Shown piece by piece: positions 35,201 to 48,345 of a stretch of 64,000 nucleotides of DNA. Within the stretch, counting starts at the first letter, position 1. Each line of letters opens with the position of its first letter. The stretch is from positions 55,304,001 through 55,368,000 of the forward strand of contig JAGIQG010000004.1 in NCBI GenBank assembly GCA_024679065.1. The letters run 5' to 3'. Under the pieces are notes generated by a model that worked only from the letters and a program-made list of their open reading frames with translations, was not told the DNA's origin and made no database searches. Position numbers and translations under genes: made by a program. This stretch comes from Sphyrna mokarran. Its lineage: Eukaryota.

Positions 35201-36300
35201 GAGGTCCCAGTGATCCAGGAACCTGAATCCCTGCCCTCTGCTCCAATCCCTCAGCCATGCATTTATTCTCCACCTCATTCCTTTCCTGCTCTTTCTTTCT
35301 GGTGGCACAGGAAGCAATCCTGAGATTACTATCTTTTGCCTTTCTCCTCAACTTTCTACCCAACTCCCTATATTCTCTTTTCATGACCCCCTTCCCCTTC
35401 CCTTTTCCTTTCTTTGTTAGCAGTACCAATATATACCATGACCGCTGGCTCCTTTCCCTCCCACTTCAGGATTTCATGGATGTGACCAGAAACATCCCAG
35501 ATCCCAGCACCAGGGAGGCTAACTACCATCAGAGTTTCCCATCTGCCTCCACAAAATCATCTGTCCGACCCCCAGCACCACCACCCTCTCGTGGACTCCC
35601 CAATTTTAATACTGTCTTCCTACTCCTGTGAGCTACAGGGCCAGACTCTGCACTGGAGACATGCAGTACTCAAACAAGAGTACTTATTGTGAAGGGACAC
35701 ATCCACCTGTCTGTCAAGCACCTAAGCTTTCCACTTCCTGATATTGACCTACTTGCCCAACTCCTGTGGCTCCAGTGTGATCACCTGGCTGTAACTCCTA
35801 TCTTTCACCTCCTTGTTCTCCCTGACCAGACGAAGGTCCTCAAGCTGAAGCTCCAGTCCCTAACACGGTTCCTTAGGAGCCGCAGCTCGATGCACCTGGC
35901 ACAGATATGGACGTTCGGGAGGCTAGGAGATTCCAGGATCTCCCACGTCCGACACTGAATGACAAGCTGACATGACACATAATTCCCCTTTTTCTTCAAA
36001 GAACACAAAGAAACTAAGAATTAAACTTGTCTTGTCCATTTCCACCTCAACCCATCGAGCCAAAGCCCTTTAGCTCTCATTGTTATCTGCTCACTCTGCT
36101 GCCTGCTGATTAGTGCAGCCTGTCTTTTAAACCTCATGTGCTAAAACTTTTTCAGGTCATCCCATGGCTCACTTCTGCTTTTCAGTTAAAGTAACTTGTA
36201 AAAAGAAAACCCCACAAAAAAACTAAAAAATAATCAGTCACTTACCTTCACACTCCAGCTACAAATCAATCCTCCTCCTCTCAGCTTGCTCCAATGAACA
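32215..36300 (-). mobile_element. Near full-length decayed CR1 LINE (ORF1, APE endonuclease, RT, tail)
   Basis: ORF1 Cys motif C..WE..HICARC.EL.LL..RV (35805-36008); endonuclease GVALLIRD..LLGVFY..VMMGDLNFPNIDW (34489-34827); RT MDFSKAFNKVPH..SGVPQGFVLGPLLF (32930-33343); tail at ~32215. Confidence 0.92.
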
Positions 36301-36989
36301 ATCACACATTGTGATTGACGAACATGTGATAGAATCTTTATCATGACTCTTTCCCTTCGTCTCCTCCTATTTTCTCCATTGTACCTTTTTTCCTTGTCTT
36401 ATTATTTTCAAATTTGTTTCTTAAAAATTTTTGTACATCTAATTTGAAGGTACTTTACAGTGAAGACTTGAATCATTTTTGTATGCATGATTAGCTCCTG
36501 CATTTTCAGTTGAGTAAATAAGTGTTGAGCTTTAAAATTTAGCAAATTTTAAACTTTGAAAAGCTGAGCATAGAAATTAATAAATGAAAAGTACTTATCT
36601 GAATTGGATGCAATTATTTCTAATTTATAATCGTAATTTTCACTGTATCAATTACCAAATAATTTTGAAGGCAATTTCACTAGAAGCCATTCTGGCACAA
36701 TGCTTTTATGGTTATTAATATCACCACAAACAGTGGAAGCAATTCTAAGCACAAGTTGTTCCGAACGCCACAAATTGCAAACCACTGTATAATGTTACTA
36801 AAATAATTTGAAATGTTGTAGTTGACATTGGGATACTTTTTAATTTTGAAAGCAATTGCAGAAACATTGCTTACTTGTCTGTTGCTTACCCTTTATTTCT
36901 CAGAAAACCTCATGCTGTAGGAACAGCAGTAAGGTAGGTTGAAAATGGTGAAACTGCAGTCTGGTTCTTCAGGCAGGTGGTTCATCTTT

Positions 36990-37230
36990 TAAGCACAAGA
37001 ATTGGTCTTGAGTTTACTGAAGCAATAATCAATGTGGTATGAGGAATAATATTTTCATGCAATGTGTGATTATGGTCTAAACTGCAGTGTGTGATGGAGT
37101 CAGGATCAATCTAAACATTCAAAAGCAAATTAGATTGTAATGTGTAAGGTTATTGAGCAAAAGAAGGGAATGGCACTGATTCCCAATGAGCTGGTACAGA
37201 CACAATGGGCTTAACAATTATGATTATTAT
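36990..37230 (+). mobile_element. CR1 3'-end relic
   Basis: GAGGAATAATATTTTCATGCAA..ACATTCAAAAGCAAATTAGAT..GAGCTGGTACAGACACAATGGGC. Confidence 0.5.
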
Positions 37231-38499
37231 AGCAATGGAAATGGTGATGAGTCAGTTCACTGAGACATGCATCGTTATAATGTAGACAGAATAAACAACT
37301 GGGTGAATTCTGGGAAGATATAGTCAATTAAACCACAGTGTATATATCTTGATGTCATTGCTTATCTGGAAATGAACACTTGAAGATGTCAACAAGCACC
37401 AGTTCAAATATATCCTTGTCATCTATTAATTTCCATTCCAGTATTTTCAGGTTTAAAAATCTAAATTTTCAATTTTTAACATTTATTACAATTTAGCAAC
37501 TGTGATGCTAGACATAATCATATGCAGAAATAATCATAAACATTTAAAGATAGAGGCAGAGCATATTTTCAGAAACCATTGAGGGAAACACAAAGGACAA
37601 AACACGAGGAGGAACGTGAGATGACAGAAAGGAGATAGTGAAGAAAAGTCTGAGACACAGGTTGATGGTTGTATGAGACAAGCAGTGACTGTTATGAGAA
37701 ATGTATCATCATTCACTCGTGCACTATTATTGCCTTAAGTTTAGCATTTCAATTAGGGTTTAAGATTCCCGTCTGATTTTTACATAGACTTGTTACTGTG
37801 GCTGATTTCCAATGATCTGTTGGCTTGGCTTGACACAATGACCAAGTTAACTTGCTTTTTGCTGAAAATTGGCTGGACTTAACAAATGATCCTAGAACAG
37901 CCGGAAATCCCAGTAACTTTGTTTATAAAAATATAATGCTATGAATTGGTGCAAACCAGTAGCCTTGGTGATATTGCAGAAAGAGGTCTGAGTTAACGTG
38001 TTGCTAAGTGTGCTTTGAGCACAACTTGATTTATTTTGGAAGATGAACACGGACAGCAAGTCTTTGAATTGTATGCATCTTGACAAAGTTGGTCTAACTT
38101 ACCTTCTGTCTGTGCTTCCCCACTCCCAGAGCAAATAAACACATCATTCCTCCTCTCACTGAAGTGACTTGGAATGAGGGTAAAGAAGGGGGGGTGGTGG
38201 TGTTGGTGTGGAAAAACATATTTCTTGCTCTGAAGTGGTTGCCTGATTTAGTTGAACAACCTAGCATTGCCTTACTTGCCAGTGTCCCAGATGCCTGCAG
38301 TACTATCCCTAGGTTATGTACTGTCCCACAAGCAGGACAGACTCTCAAAACTGTGTACAGTAGTATACAGTTACAAGGGAGTCGCTGTATCATAAAGCAT
38401 AAAGTCAAATTAAGAAAAGAAACTTGTCTCTGATTAACACCTGCTGTAACCCTTGCATGATAAATGCTTCCCCATTCCAAACGTTACTTGGAAGCGCTG

Positions 38500-39470
38500 A
38501 AGTATCAAAAATGTACTGTTAGTTGGGTCTTTGTCTGGATGTGTCTCAGCAGGACTACTGATCAAGTTGGCCATGGCCTGAAGGACATAACTGACAAAAT
38601 GTGTCTGTGACAAGTGGTGAGAGAAGCAACACAATGGAAAAACCTATTTGATCTTGTCATGACCTAGCAATCTACATGAGAAGTATCTATCTCTGACTGG
38701 CAGAAATGGGACAGTTCATTGTGTGGCACTACTGCCATGTTAAATTAAAAGACACATCCAGCAGCGCAAAACTGAGTACCTATGATGTGAAGCACTGCGG
38801 GCTATCTGCAGCAAGAGAATTGTATTCAACCACAACTTATAATCTAATGACGAATCCCTTGCTCTTCTATTAAGGTACAGGATCCAATAAAAAATGTAAC
38901 TGAGATACTAGGAGTTGACCTCGCATATCAAAAAGTGCCCATCTGGTGAAGCATGACAGGACAAGCATGCACACTATAAATAAGTTATTCAATTTTCTGT
39001 GCTAAGAATTAAATCAAAGCTGTACAGTCCTGCCACATCCAATCTGGAATAATGATGGACAATTGAACAAAATGGGAGTGGGGGGTTCCATCCTTGGTAA
39101 TGACAACCCAGGCTGTGAGTGAAAACAGCAAACCTGAATGATTTGCAGAATTATTGAGCTAGGTGCGCAATATGGATTATCATTTTTCTGCATCATTAGT
39201 GACCAACATCTCAACAGTATGCTCCATCTAAACGATACGTTACCAGAATATACTCTGGCGCTTTAGATGGCACCTTCTAAACCCAGAAGATCGAGAACTG
39301 CAGGTGCATGGGAATACCACACACTGTCCTTACTTGGAAATATATTGCCATTCCTTCACTGTTGCTGGATCAAAAATCCTGAACTCCACAGCACACTGAG
39401 TGTACCTACACTACGTGGACTGCAACTGTTTAAAAAGGCAGCTCACCACACATTTGAGGGCTTGAGAATT
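38500..39470 (+). mobile_element. Decayed LINE (CR1-related family whose tail resembles the tRNA-SINE tail)
   Basis: 3' end GCAGGTGCATGGGAATACCAC..GGAAATATATTGCCATTCCTTCACTGTTGCTGG..AAGGCAGCTCACCAC; 5' boundary uncertain. Confidence 0.5.
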
Positions 39471-41344
39471 GCAGCTACATGATGAGATTGATAAGCTAAG
39501 GTTGTTTTCCTTGTTCTGAAGAGGCTGAGTGAACTAATTGAGGAGCTGAGACAGGAAAGATGAGTTCCTCCTAGCTGATGGGTCAATTATGAGGGCGGAT
39601 AGATTTAAGATGATTGGTAGAAGGATTATGAGGGACACAAGGAAAACCTTACCATCACATCTGCCTACTCTTAAATCATCAGAGTAATGAAAGGAGCTGA
39701 GTTGCTGGCCACTACCAATTACTTCCATTTGGGATTAGGCACAACCCCCACTGCTTCAAACCCCAGTTACAACCTTTTCCCAAACACAGACAAAAAAAGT
39801 TGAATTCCAGAGGTAAGATAAGACACTAGCTGGTATTTTAATTGAGTTTAACATCAGGGCATCCTGGTGAAGTTGGAGGTGGAGAAATTGGTTGGTTGGA
39901 ATCATACCTAGCATCTCTGTCTCAGGACATGGCTGCAGGAATTTCTTAGGGCAGAACCTTTTTACTCATCAGCTTTCAGCTGTTTCCTCAGGTAGCCAGT
40001 GATGTTCATAACTTGTAATGTCCAAATGAACAAGACCATTCAAACTTGAGCTTGAAAAGTGACATGATGATATTCACAACACACATACTGGGAATGATCA
40101 TTTTCAATACATAATAACCATATCCCCATAATATTAAATGGCATGACCATCACTGAAATCATACCACAAGTGCTGGCAAGTTTCATTTAAGAATCAAGCA
40201 GCCTGTTTGATTTAATGCCCCACACACCGTCTTAAATTTCTTTTGTCGCTGATATGGGCATTCATTCAACAGGAATGTGACCTCTGCTAGTAGGCTGTTG
40301 AGAATGAATTTGAGATCTCATTGCCATCATCTATAGAGGACAGTTCCTACTCTGGGAATTATGGAGGCCTTGAATCATTGCTGTTGTACAACAACTCTGC
40401 TGCAATTGGTGCCATTGTTCATGTGCATTTGTCCACATGAGATTTGACCTTTTAAATTTAACTCAAACATGTATGCTACCTCTAATTCCTGGTTGACAGG
40501 TATTCTCCATTTGTAAAACATTTTAACAAACGACAAAATGACAACTTCTCAAAGCACTCGTGGCCAACAAAAAATGCAAACTTAGTCCAGTTGGTAGTAT
40601 TCTGACTTGTCAGTTGTGATTGTGGACTGAAAACAACCTAGGCAGATTCTTGACTGGATTACAGAATCTCTTGTCACAGTAGTGGTCAAATGAGAATCTG
40701 CAGCTTTGGATGGACCCTAAAGTATCTCTATCTGCATGAGGGCAAGGAATTTGAAGTCCTGGCTGGTTTCTTTCTATCAGTAGTAGAAATTAAACTGTTG
40801 TGTACAGACATATTAGTGATTCGCTTTCTTCAGATACTGTTCCCTAAGAGGGCATTGAGAACAGTGGACTTCCGCAGTTGGTCTGTGGCAATATATTACA
40901 AGCCACTGTAGTGGCTTGCGGTTGCCTTCTGCAGATTCTGGCTAACGAGACAACTCTTCTCCTACTTACCACATGCCATCAGTATTTTGGAAGGATTTGT
41001 AAGTTCAGAATTGACCTGTTATGAATGCATCCTCCATGGCCACTTGAGTTTTATGGCATGGTGGGATTCAAACCTGGGGTTTGTGGCTCAGGGATACCAC
41101 CTCCTGAGCCTCAAGGCAACCTTGTCAGGAATTACAATTGAGGGGGGAAAAAAGACCCTTGTGTGAAGTGCTTTTTGAGCTTGTGTGCTAAGGCATTCAA
41201 AGTTACTTGTGCAGTACTGATTTTGGATGTTCACTTAACAGAAGTTGCTAACCATTCTGGACATTTTTCAGCAGTTGCTGATTTTTGACAAGTTTGTCTT
41301 GAGGATGGTTATTAATACCACAATTGACTTTTTTTAAAAACTAG

Positions 41345-41523
41345 GTCTTGCTGTGCAGTCAGTTCGAGAGAGATTTGAAGAGATGAATCACGAGAAACAG
41401 AGCCAGGAAGGAATAGCATGCTGCTCTAAGATCACTGCAATAACTCCAAGTACAAAGGCCATTCAGGAAATGTTGCTCCAAGAGTCTACTCCCAGTACAT
41501 CTAATGTCATCCGGATGAAAAAG
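41345..41523 (+). CDS. ANLN: Anillin-like coding exon (LAVQSVRERFEEMNHE..ITPSTKAIQEMLLQESTPSTSNVIRMKK)
   Basis: CTAG acceptor, AAG|GTAAAC donor, 179 nt, phase 1-0; matches anillin FLERF..ITPNTKAIQERL. Confidence 0.9.
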
Positions 41524-41639
41524 GTAAACTGCACATGCATTTGATTTAGGATATAGAGGCGAACAGATCACCATTTTAAACATCTTCCAGCACACTTTTT
41601 CACGCTTTAGGGTGTGATTTGTGCAGGAATGTAGCTGGA

Positions 41640-42340
41640 GTTGGGGGAAAGAAAAGTGTTCAAATATATTTCCTTTAGCAGGGATGTTGAAGGTGATGAG
41701 AAATAAAGCAAAGCAGATTGTGATGACGTGATGTAGGCTGAGTAACTGAAGGATGTACAATCAGTAGTTAAGTTTAGGAATAAAGAAAGCATGTTGCAGA
41801 ATTTAAGATGGGGAGTTTTTTGTTGAAGAATTTTGATTTAATGCAGGTCAGCAAGAGTAGGGATGATAGTTGGATGACACTTTGCATTGGGATCTTCTTG
41901 GTGAGGTAAGAAATGGTTCAAGATAAGCATTTTGAAGTTAAAAAGAACAAGTTATTGGTAAAAGCTTGATCTGGAAGTGAGAAAAGATCAAAAGGTTTCA
42001 GTTTAGCAAGCAATAGTAGAGATAGAAATTTCTATGTCCATAGGTGCCCTTAGTGATAATCTAAATGACATTAAAGATAAGCTTGGGGTCAAACAAAAGA
42101 ATTTGGAACTTGGATGAAATGAGGAGTTGACCTGAGTTTTGGCAAGAGCCACGTGAGTAACAGTAATGGATTTAAGTGTTTTCTCAAAGGCAAAGTTGGG
42201 TAATATGGCCAAGAGGAATTGTGTGGAATGTTGGTGACTTTGACCAGGGTGGTCTAAATGCTGTGAGTGAAATGGATTCCTGACTGCGGGATTAGCAAGC
42301 ATGGAGTAGGTGATGCATTCTAGAATTTGAGAATGGGGTC
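41640..42340 (-). mobile_element. Heavily decayed L2-like LINE relic
   Basis: Purine-rich + strand with L2-like ORF2 C-terminal remnants (e.g. GATAAGCTTGGGGTCAAA, GAGTTTTGG, GAATGTTGG). Confidence 0.35.
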
Positions 42341-42344
42341 AGTT

Positions 42345-43510
42345 GGAAAAGATAAGATCACCAAAGGTATACTTTTTAAGGAATGGCTTTTTGATGTGGT
42401 CCCAAGTAGCAGACTGATCACAAAAATGAAAGCCTGTAGAATCCAAAATAAAGTGGCAAGTTAGATCCAAAATTGGCTCGGAAGTAGGAAAGAATGGATA
42501 ATGGTCGGTGGATATTTTTATGACTGGAAAGCTGTTTCCAGTGGGATACAACAGCACAGAACAAGATCTCTCTGGTCAGTTGGGCAGAACAATGGCAATT
42601 AAAGTTCAATCTGGTGATGCATTTGAAGGATGGCAACCTTGCCTGTCCACAGACCCCTGAAGGTAGGTGAAATAAGATCAAGGTGGCATACAGGATACTT
42701 GTCTTCACTGGCTGAGACAACTGGAAGTGCATAGGAGAGTTTCCCACAGCTGGAATACTTTATACAGTTCTGATCACTACACTATCAGAAATTCTAGGTT
42801 GAACTAGAAAGGATGTAAAGAAAATTTACTATTTATTTATTAATATACAAGCTTAACAGTGCAGTGAAGTTGCTGTGAAATCCCCTAGTTACCACACTCC
42901 GCTTATTCCAGTACACCGAAGGAGAATCTAGCATGACCAATTGGCCAATGCAGTTAACCAGCTCATCTTTTGGATGGTGGAAAGAAAGTATGCAAACACG
43001 GAGAACGTGCAAACTCCACGCAGTGACCAAAGCTGGGAATCGAACCTGAGTCCCTGGCACTGAGGCAAGCAGTGCAAACCGTGGTGCATCATTTGTGAGG
43101 CTGCTGTCTAAGCTGGAGATTTTTTTAGTTATGAGGAAAGATTGGATTGGCTAGGATTCATTTCTAAGCAATTGAAGAAGCTGAGGAGAGATCTAATATA
43201 TGTATAAAATGATATGGTCTAAATACTGAATTGGAAGGAAGACCCTATTACTTTGTTCTGGGGCCCATAACTAGAGGCATAGATTTGGTATGAGGTTGAC
43301 GATTTAGAGCAAATTCAAGGAGAAATCTCTTCAACAGATGGTATTGGAGACTTGCTGCCTGAAAGAGTAGTATAGTTAGAAATCCACTTAACCTTTTGAA
43401 GAATGTTTGTTTGAAAAGCACCAGAAATGCACTAATCTACAATGGTAAGAATTTGCATAGACATGATAGACTGAATAGCCTTTCCCTCACTGGAGATTTC
43501 AAGGATTCTT
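42345..43510 (+). mobile_element. Decayed CR1 LINE interrupted by a SINE
   Basis: AF..VP..RLI.KMKA..IQ.KVAS.IQNWLGSRK, SYEERLDWLG, LRRDLI. Confidence 0.7.
42828..43090 (-). mobile_element. V-SINE with alternative (non-CR1) 3' tail
   Basis: HE1-like head and V-domain, but tail GGGGATTTCACAGCAACTTCACTGCACTGTTAA..TAATAAATAAAT. Confidence 0.75.
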
Positions 43511-43651
43511 TTGAATGGTTAAGCCATTTCAGAAGAGAGAGCATTGTTAATGGCCTTTGCAGAGTTAAATAACTGAGAATGCTGCATCAAAATTTTACAC
43601 TTCATAGCATTTTACTGTATCAAATGACTAAATATTGACTGAACACATTAT

Positions 43652-43760
43652 GTAGAAACCCTTCAGCACAGAGAGGCCGTTCAGCCCATCAAGTCTGCAC
43701 TGAATACAATCCCACCTGGCCCTATCCTCATCCCTGCATAATTTATCTGCTAATCTACCT
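43652..43760 (-). mobile_element. HE1-type SINE 3' fragment
   Basis: GAGGCCGTTCAGCCCATCAAGTCTGCAC..CAATCCCACCTGGCCCTATCC. Confidence 0.7.
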
Positions 43761-44189
43761 ATGTAGTTAGATTAAATTATAGAAATATAATTTTTTGTTA
43801 CATCCCCAGAATTGCAAGTCTGATAGTGAACAGTTCAGTAGCTTCTGGTGGATTACTTCCTTTCTACTTTCCCAACAGGATAGCTTCTAATCCCAGAACT
43901 GCCATTTTTGATAAAAGGTTATTGTAGATTTCTAGCTTTAACTTCAAGCCAGGCAAATTTTCTAGTCTCAATTCCTTATGGGTTCTGTTTTCAAACCAAG
44001 CATGAGTTCCCACCTGTGTTCTGTACGGTGAAAAATGGATTGAACAATTTGAGGTGCAGGCTTGGGTAATTGTATCATTTTTTATGTTCTCTACTTTTTC
44101 AGTTTGCTGCAGACTACCAAGACCAAACTGCAGAAACTTTTTTTCCCCCTGGGAACCCTGTAACCTGATCACCACCAAATAATGCAAAA

Positions 44190-44418
44190 ATTTATTTATT
44201 AATCACAAAAGGTTTGCATTAATACTGCAATGAAGTTACTATGAAATTCCCCTGGTCGCCACACTCCAGGACCTGTTCGAGTCGATGCACCTAATCGGCA
44301 TGTCTTTTGGGCTGTGGGAGGAAACCCATGCAGACATGGGGAGAGTGTGGACTTTGCACAAAATATTGACCTGGATCCCTGGTGCTGTGTGGCAGTAGTG
44401 CTAGTCATAGTGCCATCC
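44190..44418 (-). mobile_element. V-SINE with alternative (non-CR1) 3' tail
   Basis: Same structure as 42828-43090; tail GGGGAATTTCATAGTAACTTCATTGCAGTATTAATGC..TGTGATTAATAAATAA. Confidence 0.75.
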
Positions 44419-44989
44419 AATGGCTTCCTTACCCTCTTCCCAACAGCAAAGACATTTAATGTATCCAAGTAGAAATGTTAGTTATTTCTGATTCCATATC
44501 CTTGAAGTAAAGCAATTGCTTCCAGCACAACTGTTTTGCAACATGGTATCAATATCGCCTTTTTGAGAAGCAGTGTAAATATCTTGCATCTCCCTTGCAA
44601 AACAATCTTTGTCTTCTGACCTCTAACAGTTAAACCACCTAGACTTACCATTGAGCAGAATACCATGTGACTGCTTTCATTTACCCTAATTTTTAAGTTA
44701 TAGTCCCAAATTATATCATTCTTAAAATCAAAAGTCATAAAGCCTATGACAAATCTATTATAAAATAGCTTTCATCAAAAAAACTTAAATAATCACATGT
44801 TGCAAATTAACATTTGCAATGTAAAATTAGATGCTAATTATACAAACTGTCAAGTACATCAGTTGGACCATATATATAAACTCCAATGAGAAATGACATT
44901 CTTGATGCTTCCATGTTTGAGTAACATTATACTTGTATTAGTGAGATATATGTGTTGGATTTAGAGTCCACGTTGAGCCACCACCTCCC

Positions 44990-45125
44990 CTAATAGCACT
45001 GCAAATGTACCTGTAAAATATGGACTGCAGCAGTTCAACACGATTCACTGTCGGCTTCTCTGGGGCAATTAGGGATGGGCAATAAGTGCTTGCCTAGGCA
45101 GCAAAGCTCACATTTTAAATTTATT
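44990..45125 (+). mobile_element. LINE 3'-tail fragment (family of 38500-39470)
   Basis: GGACTGCAGCAGTTCAA..GGGCAATTAGGGATGGGCAATAAGTGCT..CACAT. Confidence 0.6.
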
Positions 45126-46655
45126 CAAAAGATAATTAGGGTAGGATGCACTCTTTGCACTTCCTGGCAGCTTAATTTTCTTCACTCCTCATTGTGAACA
45201 GCCTGGCAAGCTAGTAACTTTTGAAACAACACAAGTTTTATGCTTTGAAGCATTTGTTGTTTTTCCTGTTGCGTTGTCATGGATGTTGGTTGAAGGGTTT
45301 ATTATCATCCTGTCCTCTGAAGACAAATGTTGCAAATGGAAATTGTGTATATGTGGTAACTTCTGCATAAACAGATCCAAGTTGAGGAAAAACTCCATAG
45401 TCCTGAAGAGGTTAAATGAATTGGCATTTGCCAGCAGCAGTCATGTGACCTGTTAACTTGTTTTCTTTAAACTTGCTGAGCTGTCCGATGGTAGGAAATT
45501 ATAGAAGCTGTAGAAAATGCAGCTGCTGACGTGTGGAAGGGTTAGAAGCTGAAACTTTGTCTCCCAGCTTCCTGACATCTGTTGGGAGCTGAGCAAAAAC
45601 GTCAGTGTTGAAATAATCAGGTACTGTTTGCAACAAAATGTAGAGCGCAGTTGAAATCTTCACTAAATTTAAAGAACAATACTGTGTTAGACATGCTGTG
45701 GCCACCAGGGTAAAATTACAGGGAATGTTGTTGTTTTGGATCATGTAAATAGTGAATCAATTGTTTTGGACTTTTAATGAAATTGATTTTTTTTTGTTCT
45801 TGGTTTGAGGTAATGTAAACAGTAACAACTGAACAGTGGTCTGAATGTTCATGTACTGCAAGAAACCAAAAGCTCAGTCATCTAACTCTGCAAAAAATTG
45901 ACAGTTTAGTCTTGATATCATGTAGGATGTAGTGAACCATAGCCATCCCATTGCACTGGGAACCAATTATGACAAATGCTATGAAAGTCCCGTCCCCTTT
46001 ATTATGCAGTGTCACAAATGCACCTGTGGCCAGAGTCATCATCTTCAACTTGGCATATTGAATTGCATAGCAGGATGTGTTGCTGTGGGAATGTTTTTGT
46101 TTAGAGGACTTTCAATACTTTCTAAGGCTGTATGGCAACTGTAAATTTCCTAGAAAGTAAGGTAGTTTCAGCCAGTCTTGTTCTCTAGTGGTGATGGCTG
46201 CTTTTGGCTTCTAATATGAATTTCTAGTCGTGTGGCAGAGGCCATTTTTAGATGTATTCAATTTAATTCAAATTTACATATTGCCTTAGTGCATAATGAT
46301 GAAAAAAGTCCTTTAGGAGCTGGCAATAGCCTTCATTGTTGATTATCTCATTCTAGTAGGGCAAGATGATTTGAATAATATTTCAGTGTGAAATTTTTGT
46401 CTCCACACCAGTTAACTTATTTGGTTTCAGGACCAAGTAAATTCCTGTGATATCCAAGTTTTTTTTTTTTGGCTTAGTTTGAGAGTAGATATGAAGAAAC
46501 ACGAATTCTCTGCCTAGCTGATATCTATTTTTTAACATGCCTTGATTTTTAATTTGCAGAAATATTGATTTGCTAGCTGTTAGTGAAGAAAAAGATTCTG
46601 ATCAAATCCTGTATGAAAGGTAGATTGACTGGCTATTGTGCTTTTATGCCTTTAG

Positions 46656-46760
46656 GAGCGGGAACAGGAACTTGCAATGCTTCGGAGTAAGACTGACAGG
46701 AACAATCCCTGGTTGGAAAAGAAGACACCCAGATTCTGCACAGGACTTGAGCATTCTGGG
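46656..46760 (+). CDS. ANLN: Anillin-like coding exon (EREQELAMLRSKTDRNNPWLEKKTPRFCTGLEHSG)
   Basis: CTTTAG acceptor, GGG|GTAAAA donor, 105 nt, phase 0-0; matches anillin ERQKELACLRGRFDKGNIW. Confidence 0.88.
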
Positions 46761-47811
46761 GTAAAAAGGGATACTTTCCACACACATGTCATCAAATGAT
46801 TTTCAAGAAAATTTAATTTAGTTTTCCACTTAAATATTTTTGGTGTCTGTTCACTTTTGATATCAGTTTTTGACATAACCTTGAGTTATGGACATCTTAA
46901 CAAGTGCCAACCTTATCTCTTCGATATTGGATAGATGTTTTGGAAAGGTCCTAGAGAAATTCATCAACTTATTTCTATTCTTGTCCTTTTTTTGAAATGG
47001 GTAGCTCAGCATTTTGTGTTGGCTTGTCAGAGTATTTGCATAGATTTTCTCAGTCTTGTTAACTTGAGTGGATGGGTAAAGAAGGATAGTGACTTTGCAT
47101 AAATATTTACATGATTTGTTTTGAATATCTTCAATACAGGCACTTTATTGAATTTTTTTCAGTTGATTCACCTGGCTTTGAATTTTTAAACACAAAGCTT
47201 AAACTCACAATAAGCAGCTCTACAAATAAGGATTTTAGATAAGCAGTAAACCTTTTTTTATTATGAATGCAGCAGATCTCGATCAGAGGGCCACTTGTAC
47301 GTTGCTTGGTGAGGGTTTGCCATAGAAAGTAGTTCAACCATTGTACACTATAATGGATATGATATCAAGCATGCTTAGTATGACCTGTTACAGGAAGCAT
47401 CTAAGGTAATGTGCATAGGAAGAAGTATAGGAAGGGTTGGGGCCATGTAAGCATGCCAGTAGGAGAAATGAATTCTGAGTGACCTCCAGGTGCCAATGGA
47501 ATGATCACAGTAAGCTGATCCCCAGCGCCTGTAATTGAAAACCATACCCTCTATTTGGAGGGTTAATCTTATGATTATGCTTCTTGGCTGATTTTTGTTA
47601 AACTGTGATTTTAATAACTTGCTGAGTACATCAACATTTTCACAAATAAAGAATTTGGAATTATCTATTCAAAACAATAACTTGAGTTCTAAATTGAGTC
47701 AAATTTATTAGTCCTAGGAGCTGGAGATGATCATCTGGTTCCATGGTTCAAATCAAGTAATTGTACTGACATTTTAAATCTCTTTCATGGTGGAATTTAT
47801 GGAGATTTTTC

Positions 47812-48345
47812 TTATTCTTTCATGGGAAGTGGGTATCCCTAGCTAAGCTAGTATTTATTGTCTGTTCCTAATTGCCCTTTTAGGTGGTGATACACTGCCA
47901 TCTTTACTGCTGCCTGTGTAGTGTAGATACATGCATAGTGCTGATGAGAAGAGTGTTCCAGATTTTAAAAAGCACTGTTGAAGGAACGCTGGTGGGTTGC
48001 TGCAGTGTATGTTGCAGATTATACATTTTGCTGCCACTGTGTTGATAATGGGATGGAGTGGATGTTGAAAGGGATTGATGCGATGTCAACTGCACTTGCT
48101 ATTTTGCCCTGTACAGTGAATAGATTGTCCAGGTTGAACTCATTCTGGCAAATGGAGAATATTCCATCAGATTTGTGCTTTGAATTGTAGACAGGTTCTA
48201 AGGAATCAGGAGGTGTTACTCTTGCCAGAATTTTCAGCCTACTCTCGTATCCACAGTTCAGTTTCTGATCAGTGGTAGCACTCAGGATGGTGATGTCATT
48301 GAATGTCAAAGAAAGATGGTATTTGCTTGGCACTTGTATAAATGA
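47812..48345 (-). mobile_element. Decayed LINE 3' part (family of 38500-39470)
   Basis: Reverse-complement tail TCATGGGAAGTGGG..ATTTATTG..CCTAATTGCCCTT; NIHSIPL..QW and SRL.IL.RVT motifs. Confidence 0.65.

Noticed and set aside
46560-46619. 60-nt exon-like segment (TTGCAG..AAG|GTAGAT) open as NIDLLAVSEEKDSDQILYE
   Set aside because: Wrong phase (stop in the required phase 0), it would leave only a 36-nt intron, and the flanking exons already join as in anillin.
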